A stretch of 64,000 nt of DNA from Octopus vulgaris (Eukaryota): contig OX597825.1 in assembly GCA_951406725.2 (NCBI GenBank), positions 17,422,001 to 17,486,000 on the forward strand, in the 5' to 3' direction. The notes beneath the pieces were generated by a model, which saw only the letters and a program-made list of their open reading frames with translations, was not told the origin of the DNA and searched no databases. This document shows positions 30,171 to 43,112 of this stretch, piece after piece. The position numbers and the translations under genes are program-made. Position 1 is the stretch's first letter, and each line of letters opens with the position of its first letter.

Positions 30171-30454
30171 ATGCACTAAACATCTAACACTTACTTGCAT
30201 ACATTAAAATATGTGTATCAATATTTTGGTACAAGGCCAACAACAAACAATAATATATTACAAAAATATCCCTTCTTTACATTAAATACCGTCGTATTTG
30301 GGGGTCTCTTTACAAAAATACAATTCATCACGTACGTGAAATTTGTATTTCTCTTCTACGATAGAATATGGCATTTTCGAAAATAATGGCATGTGTATGT
30401 GTGTGAGTATGCGTGCGTGTGTGTGTGTCCGCACGTGTATGTGTCTTTGTTCGT

Positions 30455-30660
30455 AGTGTGTGCTTGTTCCTCATCACCGCTTGACACCAGAGTTGGTGCG
30501 TTACCTCCTCATAAATTAACAGTCTGTGAAAACAGCCAAATAGAATAATTTCCAGGCGTAAATTTAAGAAGTGGGATCGACATGTTCGACGGAAATTCTT
30601 CAAGGTGATGTCCCAGCATTGCCGCAGTCCAATGAGTAAAACAAGTAAACAACAGAAGAT
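30455..30660 (+). mobile_element. SINE family B 3' part
   Basis: caccgcttgacaccag..ttggtg...aaggtgatgtcccagcattgccgcagtccaatga. Confidence 0.65.
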
Positions 30661-31492
30661 AACAAGGTAAATGAATATTTGTAGGAGGCTTATGTAAATT
30701 TCTATTGAGTGGCTTACGTACAAAATTGCTTACTTAGGTCTTCAGTATACAAAGGAAAGTACAAAAAACTTGAGACATAGATCTCCATGATTGATTAAAT
30801 CATTCAGCTTCGGATGAAATTTAATAATCCCCAAATATATAGGCGAATGGTTATAAGAAAAATATTTCAATAATAAAATTCAAGTATCCAACAATAAAAC
30901 CACAATGGTTTGATCATATTCAATATTTGTCGTATAGTGTCAATATCGAAACGTTGCTTTCGTGGAAAGCTATATATCGAATAGAATAGATATATTTTAA
31001 ATTAACTGTTGAATACATATTATCTAGTTATAACAGAAGGTAAAGCACACCGGGGAATCTTTGCTCAACCACGTGACGTTATATATATATATATATATAA
31101 AACTATACATTCACTTGGAATGTATTTTCCATAGTTTATAACTGGATCGGAAGAATAACTGTATGGGAAATGAACGGATTTGCGGAATTTGTATTTCTTT
31201 AGGAAGACGTAATTTTTTTTTGCTTATAAAAATATAACTGTGTTGTCCTACAACGTTGGAATATATAAAATTGCGATATATCTCAACACGATATGAGGGA
31301 GAACGTTAAAGAACAGCGAATAGAACTGGTGGAAATGATGCAAACACATAAGACAAGGTTAAATGGTTAACCATTCAAAATTTGGAAAATTTAGTAAGGG
31401 AGTAATATTATGGCGACAGAAAGAAAATCACCCATGGGCAATATATATTAGAGCAAAGGTCAATTAGGCAAACATTTTGATAGCTTTATACA

Positions 31493-31561
<69 letters not shown>

Positions 31562-31567
<6 letters not shown>

Positions 31568-31722
31568 TTTATAGAAGGAGTTCTACAGGACTAGAACTGT
31601 TTCATTCAAATGAAACAGTTCTAGTCCTGTAGAAGCTCCTTCTATAAAATAAATTAATTTACTCTGCTATGTACTGAGTACCTTATTTACAGTGGTTAAC
31701 CCCGACTCAACCCGGGACCTAC
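31562..31722. mobile_element. Palindromic (TA)n-embedded element, collapsed copy
   Basis: Palindrome at 31562-31654 plus a unique tail; reverse-complement homolog of 38514-38712 lacking the central segment. Confidence 0.85.
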
Positions 31723-31731
31723 ATATATATA

Positions 31732-31765
<34 letters not shown>

Positions 31766-31773
31766 TACATATA

Positions 31774-31840
<67 letters not shown>

Positions 31841-31937
31841 GCCCACAAATATATGTGTATGTAGAATGTATTTATAACTATGCTTACCTAAAATTTCACA
31901 AATACAAACTCATACAGACATGTATTTGTTTCTTTGT

Positions 31938-32001
<64 letters not shown>

Positions 32002-32013
32002 ACATACATATAA

Positions 32014-32052
<39 letters not shown>

Positions 32053-32306
32053 TATATGTATGTATATATATATATATATACATATACAAATACATATATA
32101 CAGGCATGTATTTTGTTTTTATGTATATATATGTGTGTGTGTGTGTATGTGTGTGGATGTGTGTGTACATGTTGTGTGCGTGTATGGTACAAGGGCGGCT
32201 ATTCTATCAGTAAATACATGCACACACGCACACACACATATATATATATATAAGTCTATGTATGTATATATATATATATAAAAATTTATAGATAAATATA
32301 TATATA

Positions 32307-32346
<40 letters not shown>

Positions 32347-32917
32347 CACACATATATAGACAAATATATAAATATATATACATGCATATATATATATATG
32401 CATGCACACACACGCACACACACTCACACACACACACACATATACATATACATATACACGAATATGAGCGTCAGACACAAAAACTTGACAGACAGAGAGG
32501 AAGACCAAGACAGTAAAATAAATAATGCTACACAATAATTTACTGGTATTAAATCTTGTAATTACAACAAACGGAAATAGTGTATAATTAAGTATTTTCG
32601 AAGCAAATTACACGAATGTAGTAATTAATTTCATGATTTTATTGGGTGATTATACAAAAAAATACATATATACTCCAATTTGAAATCAGGAAATTCATTT
32701 TGAATGAGTATCTTGACTGCGTATAAGTTTCGTTATCATCATTAACGTATATATCTCCAACAATTGTTAATTCAGTGACGCAAATCGATTGATTACTATT
32801 CACCATTAGCAAAATGAAAGCAGTAATAATTATTTTTTTTTTTTGTTGTTATTTTTTTAGGTGTATTTATTTTATTGAATTGCCTCACTATATATATTTT
32901 GTATTTATATATATATA

Positions 32918-33064
<147 letters not shown>

Positions 33065-33074
33065 ACCATATATG

Positions 33075-33178
<104 letters not shown>

Positions 33179-33208
33179 TACATATATATACATATATATA
33201 TACATACA

Positions 33209-33281
<73 letters not shown>

Positions 33282-33419
33282 TGTGCGCAAGATACTTGAA
33301 GACATGTTTATGCTTATATAAAAACGGCTATATAATAATAGATAAAACTTTATCAAAAAATACTGAGGATAAAAGTGATAATTTATTTTCTATAATTTTA
33401 TTGAATAAAACCAACTTCA

Positions 33420-33915
33420 TCTTCAACAACTGCTTCTATATGAGATCAAAATCATCTACGTGCTCGAATGAAGTGGCCCTGGTTCAGTTTGGATAGTACT
33501 CTGATTTTGGTAGCTTTCAAATGATCTTTGGTTTTAGGGGCGTGTTTACTGACCTGTCTCTCAACAACGCTCCACATATAATAGTGCAATGGATTTGAAT
33601 CTGGGGAATTAAGGGGTAAAATGTTAAGGGTTATGTGATCCTGAAAAGCTTCATCCGTCCATTCCTCTGTTACTAAAGCCATGTGTGATAGTGCAGCGTC
33701 TTACTGAAACACATATGGCCTTCCATTGCATACACTCGCTATCCAGATCTCAACAACTATTTCCAGGACCTCAATGAAGGCGGAAGAGTTAACTAAGGTC
33801 TTGTGGAAAGAAGTAAGGAGGCATCACACGTCCTTCATTGCTGACAACCCCTAAAACCATGACAGTTGCAGGAAATTGTTTGTGCATAACACTGGGAACT
33901 TCAGAAAGGTCTACA
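33420..33915 (-). mobile_element. Tc1/mariner superfamily (maT/DD37D-like) transposase fragment
   Basis: Minus strand QFPATVMVLGVVSNEGRVMPPYFFPQ ... YVFQ*DAALSH ... NSPDSNPLHYYMWSVVE. Confidence 0.8.
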
Positions 33916-33916
33916 C

Positions 33917-35066
33917 ATAACAATATGTGTGGTGTTTGTGTATATGCATATGTATGAAGAGATATCTGTCAATGTCGCCTCACTTCCTCTCTTCTCCAAA
34001 AATTTGTCCATGTCTCTTCCAGATAACGTACTTACTGTAACCGTTTTGTTGTGATGTATCCTGACTGATTACTGGCACTGATGTCATAGATTATCTGAGA
34101 CCCAATAAACTTCAGGTGGTGTAATTATGCTTGAAACAATTACATTAGCCAACAAAGTCTAACTTTTTGTCTGCTACTCTAAGTATGAACTAAAATTTTT
34201 GGGGGTAAAACAATTCTATCAAGTGGTTTTGAATTGTATAAACATATGATATTTTGACTTTTTATGTTTTAAATTTGTTTTTCGTATATGTTTCATGTAT
34301 TGCAGAGCTATGTTTGAATTGTCAAGATTATCTTTGTATGTTATTATAAAAACATTCTGTATTAAAAACCGATAAAAGAATAAATAATGACAAATGCCAC
34401 AAGGAAACATTTTAATTTAAATGGGTTGGAAACATTACAGAACCTGGTAAATGAACTCTTTGTCTCACAAAGACTATTAGTATATAGGTGTTTTAGAACG
34501 TGAAAACTTGTAATTTAAACAAAAGAATGTATTATATAATAAATAAATATTTTTTATTATCAGATGTATACATATAGATAGATATATAATAAAAATATAT
34601 ATATGTACACATATACATATATATCTTTCAATCATACATTTATACATTATACATAATATATATATAATATATATATTTAAAGAAGATATATACAGTTGCG
34701 CAAGAAAAAAGTTATCAGAACTACAGGCTTAAAAGAAGAATTTATTGCAGAAAGAAACAAAAGTGACTTTTTTACTTTGGTTTTTGGGGCGTGTTTATAA
34801 CAATATGTGTGGTGTTTGTGTATATGCATATGTATGAAGAGATATCTGTCAATGTCGCCTCACTTCCTCTCTTCTCCAAAAATTTGTCCATGTCTCTTCC
34901 AGATAACGTACTTACTGTAACCGTTTTGTTGTGATGTATCCTGACTGATTACTGGCACTGATGTCATAGATTATCTGAGACCCAATAAACTTCAGGTGGT
35001 GTAATTATGCTTGAAACAATTACATTAGCCAACAAAGTCTAACTTTTTGTCTGCTACTCTAAGTAT
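33917..35066 (+). repeat. 270 bp direct duplication (33917-34186 = 34797-35066)
   Basis: Apparently identical by direct reading. Confidence 0.9.
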
Positions 35067-35194
35067 TCTGTATTTCTAAGGGAAGAAGGTCTATCTTATA
35101 TAATACACCCCTTTTTGTCTAAGACATTGTTTTGTTCCTTTCTGTGAAATTTGGTTGCATATGCAGAGACGCCATAGAGCTTATTTCGTTGACA

Positions 35195-36190
35195 TCTTTT
35201 TGTTATATATGAGTTGGTGATCGGGATAAATCTTGGGCCCGCACAATGTATGTGAACCCTATGTCAAAAAACCAAGCCAATGGACAAATGCCACAAGGAA
35301 ACAACTAACATTTGACATTCCTATGATGGGTTGGAAACCACAGAACCATGTAAACGATATCTAATTTTGTCTCACAAAGACTTGTTTTTATAGCAAAAGA
35401 ACGTGAGAGAAAATAACTCAAATCTGCATTCACCATCTCACCCAGCGCTTCACTCAGATGGAATACCAATACCCGTTTTGAAGGATCCACCTTCACTGCA
35501 AGGGGAAAGAGATATATGTGAAGTGAATAGATGATAAACATCAGTGATATGACTTTGTAGAAACATCAACAAATATACATTTCAATATATAATTAATGAT
35601 ACATTAGAGACATATTGTATATATAATATTATGATACAAAATATATTTATTGCAGAAAGAAACAAAAGTGACTTTTTATCATAACAAGGAAAAAGATATC
35701 TTGGCATTCTTTACAACTGGAAAAGATGTTGTTTACTATTTTGACGTGGCCGGACTGTTAAATATGATGGGTGTTGAAGAGTATGGTCCTAGTGAATGAA
35801 GACTCTTTATAGATAGTTCGAAGATGAGTCTAAAGTATGTATTACTCTATAATGGAAACTTGTTTGATTCGCTTCCTATTGGTCAGTCTGTGTACTTGAA
35901 AGAGAATTATGATCAAATAAAAGTTGTCTTAGGTTTACTTAAGTATGATGAACACAAATGGGTCATATGTGTGGATCTAAAAATGGTCAACGTTTTACTT
36001 GGACAACAAGGATGATATACAATATATATCCGTGTTTCTTGTGTTTAGGGTCTAAGGAAGCGAGGGACAAACATTAGGAACAGAAAATCTGGCCAGTTAA
36101 GAAACGTTCGATGGTTGGGGAGGAGAATATCATACACCAACCACCTGTTGAGCGAGGGAAAATCATCATTCTACACCTTCATATTAAATG
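35195..36190 (+). mobile_element. Chapaev3-like (CMC superfamily) transposase remnant
   Basis: FCYI, VGDRDKSWA, IPM..W.P.NH..D..FC, E*RLFIDSSKMSLKYVLLYNGN..SLPIGQSVYLKENY...HKWVICVDLKMVNVLLGQQG, PCFLC, KIIILHLHIK. Confidence 0.8.
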
Positions 36191-36579
36191 ATGCCATATT
36201 TGAAATCAGCATCTAAAAATTAACTGAAAACACTCACAAAACCGAAGTCAGTAAGAAGTGTGTTGACCAATGTTTTTAGTCTATATATTCTGTATTTCTA
36301 AGGGAAGAAGGTCTATCTTATATAATACACCCCTTTTTGTCTAAGACATTGTTTTGTTCCTTTCTGTGAAATTTGGTTGCATATGCAGAGACGCCATAGA
36401 GCTTATTTCGTTGACATTTCTTGAAGAGGAAAAGCTAAATGGAGAGTAAATAAGTAAAATAAAGGACGTCGGCATAATACAATACATATAATATATACAA
36501 TATGATATCGGGATGAGAGCGCTAAGCAGTGAAAAATATACATATCATGTTATTACCATTTCGAATATGCTAAAAGAGA

Positions 36580-36700
36580 GATCGGATTTGTAAACAAGCT
36601 ATTTACCTAGGAATGTCATGGAGACAAATTCTCTTATATCTCCAGCGGGACATTTTCAATATGACAAAGCACAGTGAATGGCTTGTTTACAAGTCCGATC
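36580..36700. repeat. Short inverted repeat, 27 bp arms
   Basis: gatcggatttgtaaacaagctatttac / gtgaatggcttgtttacaagtccgatc, 24 of 27 complementary. Confidence 0.75.
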
Positions 36701-36994
36701 GTTCGTTTAGCTTATTCGGATTGGTAATAACATTGCAACAATATAAAATACATCATGAATAATGATTTGGCATTGGAGCAAATATATATATATATATATA
36801 TATACATACACACAAATATATATGTATATGATGATGTTTTCATCTTCATAGATGATAGCCGTCCCATCAACACACATACCACACCTCCATCTCACTGTAC
36901 TATCACTCCGCTGATGAGCCCTTCGATGACTTTTAAGACCAGCTGCTGAGTGACAGGGTTTACAGAATAACTGTCAGATATTTAAGATCCTTCT

Positions 36995-37200
36995 ATCTTT
37001 GCACCTTGGAATCTGATTGTGAAGGAATTCTTTTATGAGCTAAAATATGACTTTTAAGTCCAGATATTGTCTTACAAGTTTTTTGACTAATGACACAAGT
37101 TGTATGAGAGAGTTGGTGACCAAAATCATCACTTATCTGTGTATTACGATTTTCATGTGACATCATATGGTCCACGTATCGTTCCTTTTACAACGGACCA
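36995..37200 (-). mobile_element. Possible LINE ORF2 C-terminal zinc-finger remnant
   Basis: ORF 36993-37175 contains CVISQKTCKTISGLKSHILAH, resembling the CxxC..GL.SH..H terminus of RTE/CR1-type LINEs. Confidence 0.4.
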
Positions 37201-37703
37201 CTATCACCTATAATACCATACCCAATATTCACTGTTGATTACTGTTCTAATTTTCCCCATCGACAGCTCATTTTAAGTTCAGAATGCTGAATCATCTTTC
37301 CCTCCAGGAATTACAACCAGTCCTAACACACATATAAACAAGGCCGCATGAGGTATACACATTTGTGTGTCAGCGCTGGATATATTTATCCGTCAATATA
37401 TTTATGAATGTATCCGCAAATATTGCAGTGTGTGGGAAAGGTGCATATGATACAGTGAAACGCTATATAGAGACACCAGTAAGATCAACATTTTTCCTTC
37501 TTCTACTTGGCTAAATATATCAACAAATATCAGTCTTGGAGAAAGCAAATTAATCTTTGTATATAAATATTCTTGTTTACTTAGTAGAAAATTAGTTTAT
37601 GCTAATTTGGACAAAGTGAACTGTCTGTACAATTTCAAATAATGACATTTGCAAATTCAATTATAGTGACACGTTTCATGTGTGTGCTTCTACAAAAATA
37701 TTT

Positions 37704-37763
<60 letters not shown>

Positions 37764-37971
37764 ACGCACACACATACACACGCACATACACATATATATT
37801 AATGTATGTGTGTATATATATGTATATATATATATATGTGTGTGTGTGTGTATATATATATGTATATATATATGCATGCATGTATGTATTATATCTATGT
37901 CTATATATGTATGTTTGTATATATCTTTATGTAGATACATATATGGTTATACATAGAGTTTTGTGTATACA

Positions 37972-38008
<37 letters not shown>

Positions 38009-38412
38009 ATATAAAAATATATATGTGTGTATACAAACGTGTGTGTGCATAAATATATATAAATATATACACACAAGCAAACATCCACACATACATACAC
38101 ACATATATAAGTCTAGTTGCATGCATATGTAAATCTTAGCAGCGCACATCAATCAAACGTTTAGTGACCGCCTCTATTTTCTGCTTCAGATATACATATA
38201 TATATTCAGACGAAATACATACATATAACAGCACACCCATATATCATCATGTCATCGTACACATTATGCATCATCATACATACATACATTCACACATACA
38301 CATATACATACATACACACACACATACATACATACATATATACATGCATACATACATACATGCATACATAGGGACTTACATGCGAATAAAAATACAATTA
38401 ATATATGTACAC

Positions 38413-38484
<72 letters not shown>

Positions 38485-38598
38485 CATATATATATACATG
38501 TATATATATATATGTAGGTCCCGGGTTGATTCGGGTTAACCACAGTAAGTAAGGTACTCAATACATAGCAGAGTAAAATTAATTTATTATATAGAAGG

Positions 38599-38649
38599 AG
38601 CTTCTACAGGACTAGTACTGTTTCATTCAAGAGAAATCTTCAGGAAGCT
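38599..38649 (-). ncRNA. Type I hammerhead ribozyme (complete fold)
   Basis: Minus strand AGCUUC-CUGAAGA-UUUC ucuu GAAU-GAA-ACAG uacuaguc CUGU-A-GAAGCU: 6 bp stem I, full core, short stem II (U-U first pair), 4 bp stem III, GUA cleavage triplet. Confidence 0.75.
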
Positions 38650-38695
38650 TCCTGAAGATTTCTCTTGAATGAAACAGTACTAGTCCTGTAAAGCT
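38646..38695 (+). ncRNA. Type I hammerhead ribozyme, mirror copy with 1 nt deletion in stem I
   Basis: agcttc-ctgaaga-tttctcttgaat-gaaacag-tactagtc-ctgta-aagct (lacks the G after the cleavage site). Confidence 0.6.
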
Positions 38696-38710
38696 CCTTC
38701 TATATAATAA

Positions 38711-38748
<38 letters not shown>

Positions 38749-39388
38749 CGCCCATGCATGCATGCATACATACATACATACATACATACATACATACTTA
38801 CATACATACATACATACGTACATACATATATGCATACATAGGGACTTACAAGCGAATAAAAATACAAATAATATATACACATTGCATATATATCTATATA
38901 TATGGATTTCTGTGCCTGTATCTGTGTAATTGTGTGTTACAGATTGTGCAAAATTCACATGAAAATTAAGTTTCGATATTTATGTCTCCTGTGTGTGTAT
39001 TTGGTTTGCCGTTGTTGTTGCTGTTGTTGTTGTTGTTGTTGTTGCTTGTTGTTGTTGTTGTTGTTGCTGTTGTTGTTGTTGTTGTTGTTGCTGAAGGTGT
39101 CTGTGCATTGTTATGTGTGTGTTACTGTCTTTTAACTTTATAAAGAATACGGAAGCTTGAACACCTTTATATGCATATGGAAATATATATGTATCTCTCC
39201 CGCTCTCTCTCCATCCCTCTCTCTCCCTCCGTCTCCCCCTCTCTTTCTCTCTCTATATATATGCCTATGTAAACGTACATATTCATATATATAGCCATAC
39301 AAATGCAAACATATGGCACATATATGTGTGTATGTGTGTCTATGCGGCTGTGTATGTACGCATGTGTGTATAAATATGTGTTTATTTA

Positions 39389-39427
<39 letters not shown>

Positions 39428-39474
39428 CCCCCCCACATATATATGTATTAACTGAAAACATATTTCGCAATACA

Positions 39475-39533
<59 letters not shown>

Positions 39534-39556
39534 CTGAACACATATTTCGCAATACA

Positions 39557-39609
<53 letters not shown>

Positions 39610-39662
39610 TTTATATCAATCTATCTATCTATATATATATATACATAGATATAAATATATAA

Positions 39663-39741
<79 letters not shown>

Positions 39742-39954
39742 GTATGTATGTATGTATCTATGTATGTAGGTATGTATGTATTGGGAAATGTGTGTTCAGT
39801 TAATCTTGAAGGCAAAAACATTATTTACGCTTTGGAAAGCGATATTTTACCTGTCATATTGTCTCTATAAATATAAATTTGTTCACATAATTCCGTGTAT
39901 TCTTTGTTTTAATGTATTCACGAAATTTCAATCTTTAAATTTTACTTTTCCATA

Positions 39955-40320
39955 TTTATCATCGTCATCATCACTATGATCATGATCATCATCATAATCA
40001 TTATCATCATCATTATTATCATCATCATCACCATCATCATCATGATCATCAAGAATATCATAGTCGTCGTCATCATCATCATCTTGTTCTTGTCATTGTT
40101 GTCGTTGTAGTTGTTGTTGTTGTTGTTGTTCTTCTTCTTCTTCTTCTTCTTTTTCTTCCCTTCTTCTTCGTATTCGTCATCATCATCTTCATCCACTTAT
40201 CTTCCTCATTTTCTTCTTCGACTTCTTCTCCTTCATCTTCTTGTCCTTCATATTCTTCTTCTTCATACTCTTCTTCTTCCCCTTCTCCTTCTTCATCGTC
40301 ATTGTGCTTATCATCAGCGG
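39955..40320. repeat. Compound trinucleotide low-complexity tract (ATC/GTT/TTC)
   Basis: Directly visible. Confidence 0.9.
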
Positions 40321-40329
40321 CTGCAGCAG

Positions 40330-40790
40330 CAGCAGAGCATGGTATCAAAGTAACGCTGGGGTACAGATATTCGAGGCATATAATTCCCCTCATGACTAAA
40401 TATTTAAGAAGGGCACACCAGACAAATGCATCGCAGTCATATTTGAGCGGCATTGGTGACCTCATATCAAGATAAACAGCACATAAACACGAATGCTCAT
40501 GCCAATTAAAATTTCCTTCATGTCGAGTAGACCATCCCTCTAAAAGGTCACGAATAAGGGTTTTGTAAGGACGATGGACAAAATGCCCATATGTCTAGGA
40601 TTGAATTACTGAGACACCAAAAAAATACTTCTGAAAACATGGTTATGATACACTCCAACTGCTCATGTTTGCGTCGAGATGTGCGCATATCATCAGCCAG
40701 TAAGAGATATGCATAAAGGGTTCAGGTCAAACAAATCTGTTTTATTGAGAAAAGTATTTACTCCACACCATCTTTTGCACCAAGGAAAAT
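40330..40790. mobile_element. Diverged copy of the 1003-1463 repeat
   Basis: Colinear similarity; again flanked by trinucleotide tracts. Confidence 0.7.
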
Positions 40791-40949
40791 CTTGCAGTAT
40801 CAACATTTCGCATTGAATTCCTCCAGAGCATTTAAATCATCATCATCGTCAATCCGCTTCTCCTCCTCCTCCTTCTCCTCCTCCTCCTTCTTCTTCTTCT
40901 TCTCCTCCTCCTCCTCCTCCTCCTCCTTCTTCTTCTCATTACCATTACT

Positions 40950-40983
40950 ATTATTATTATTATTATGATTATCATTATTATTA

Positions 40984-41051
<68 letters not shown>

Positions 41052-41510
41052 GTAGCCGTCGCAGAGTATACAATATTGTGTGGTTGTTACTTGAAGATAT
41101 GTTTACCGGGTCTCAGACCGACAATACTTTACGCAGTACGTGTGCAGTTCCAAGTAATGCCGACTCTTGCAATACACCTATATTCTAGGGTATTTCTAAA
41201 GTTTTCAGATGTTTTTGTTGAGATTGGGTGGTATTCAACCCAAAGCTTCGATGACAATGGGATAACCTTTATATTTGAGATCCTTTATATTAGCGATCTC
41301 AATTCTCAGGTTTCCCCATATATTGATATCCTGGCACTGCCATATCAATTATTAGGCACTCTTGTTTGTCCCATCTAAAGGTTACTATATCTGGCCTTCG
41401 GTGATCTAATACCTTGTGTGTTCCAGAAGATTTTTGCCATTCCTTTTTCGTCCATTACATTTTCCGGTGTATGTTGATACCAAGTACCTGTAACTTCACA
41501 TCCATAGTTA
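40950..41510 (-). mobile_element. R4/Dong-like non-LTR retrotransposon 3' end with (TAA)n tail
   Basis: Minus strand KVLDHRRPDIV...KQECLIIDMAVP...IKVIPIVI...LQESALLGTAHVLRKVLSV* (restriction-like endonuclease PD..D), short UTR, then (TAA)n. Confidence 0.8.
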
Positions 41511-41511
41511 T

Positions 41512-41828
41512 GAATTGGGCTACGAAACTCTGCCTCATCCAGCACACTCACCATACCTCCCGCCTACTGACTATCCCTTTTTCAAGCATCTTGACAACAC
41601 CCTGCGTGAGAAATGTTTCAAAAATCAAGACGATGCCAAACATCCGACTTCATCGCCACCCGAACGCAGGATTTTTACGCAACTGGCATATATAAACTTG
41701 TTTCGCGTTGGCAAAAGTGTCTTGATACTGATGGTGTTTATTTCGATTAATAAAGTTTTGTTTGAGCCGAGACGCATGCCATTGAATTTAAAGGTAAACA
41801 TTGCAAGAACATTCCTGATAACCTAATA
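41512..41828 (+). mobile_element. mariner transposase C-terminus and right end
   Basis: LGYETLPHPAHSPYLPPTDYPFFKHLDNTL (YSPDLAP.D motif); ends ...acattcctgataacctaata-TA. Confidence 0.85.
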
Positions 41829-41964
41829 TATACACATATACAGACACACACTCATATGTACATACATAAATAAATACACACACACACACAGACTCACGCA
41901 CACACACACACACCACACACACACACACACACATATATATATGTGTATATATATATATATATAC

Positions 41965-42165
41965 TTTCTTTTTATTCTTTTACTTGTTACAGTCATTTGA
42001 CTGCGGCCATGCTGAAGCACCGCCTTTAATCGAGCAACTCGACCCCGGGACTTATTCTTTTGTAAGTCCAGTACTTATTATATCGGTCTACTTTGCCGAA
42101 CCGCTAAGTAACGTGGACATAAACACACCAGCATCGGTTGTCAAGCAATGCTAGGAGGACACACA

Positions 42166-42210
<45 letters not shown>

Positions 42211-42379
42211 ACATATATACGACGGGCTTCTTTCAGTTTCCGTCTACCAAATCCACTCACAAGGCTTTAGTCGGCCCGAGGCTATAGTAGAAGACACTTG
42301 CCCAAGGTGCCACGCAGTGGGACTGAACCCGGGACCATGTGGTTGGTAAACAAGCTACCTACCACACAGCCACTCCTGC

Positions 42380-42380
<1 letters not shown>
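41965..42380 (-). mobile_element. SINE family B, full length with internal (TA)n
   Basis: Reverse complement of the 29765-30170 copy. Confidence 0.9.
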
Positions 42381-42445
<65 letters not shown>

Positions 42446-42480
42446 AAAAAAGGAGATGTCGAACACGAGTGGTGATATAT

Positions 42481-42659
42481 AAAAAAGGAAATGAAGAAAA
42501 TGCTGACAAATAATTGAAGTAATTTAAGTAATTTAATTAGGTGAAAGTTCTTTTTACCGGTTGCGCATTTGTTAACAAATGCGCAACCGGTAAAAAGAAC
42601 TTTCACCTAATTAAATTACTTAAATTACTTAAATTATTTGTCAGCATTTTCTTCATTTC

Positions 42660-42666
<7 letters not shown>
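42481..42666. repeat. Near-perfect ~185 bp palindrome between (TA)n tracts
   Basis: Centre GTTAAC at 42571-42576, no spacer; both strands give near-identical ORFs (42379..42606- and 42541..42726+). Confidence 0.95.
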
Positions 42667-42708
<42 letters not shown>

Positions 42709-43112
42709 TATATTGGATATATGTAACATTCAGTTGAATATGGTGTTATTTCCTGTAGCGCTTGCAGAAAATTATATTCAGCTGAGTATAAAATCCGCTT
42801 TTAAGCTACTCAGACATGTAAACTTCATTAAATGTATAGTCTGTAATGAAATTCACAATATGAGAATCGCATTGAATGACAAATGAATGACATGTGTCAA
42901 TACATTATGGTCGTTTCTAAGAGTCCCTATACTAAATTATTTTTAGTATAGGACCATTTTTTACAACTCCTCTAATTTTGACAGTTTCTAGTAAGTCCTT
43001 TAATTAATTAATGAGTGCATTATATAAATTCCAAAGGAACTGTTTTCTTCAGATGGATACTTTACAATGACGGACATTCCAAATAATTTAACCTATTATA
43101 AAATTTCTTAAA

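Larger units (their letters stand above)
38514..38712. mobile_element. Palindromic (TA)n-embedded element carrying two hammerheads (Penelope-like pLTR derivative)
   Basis: Palindrome 38582-38712 centred on GAAGCTTC; unique arm 38514-38581 is shared with 31655-31722. Confidence 0.85.
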
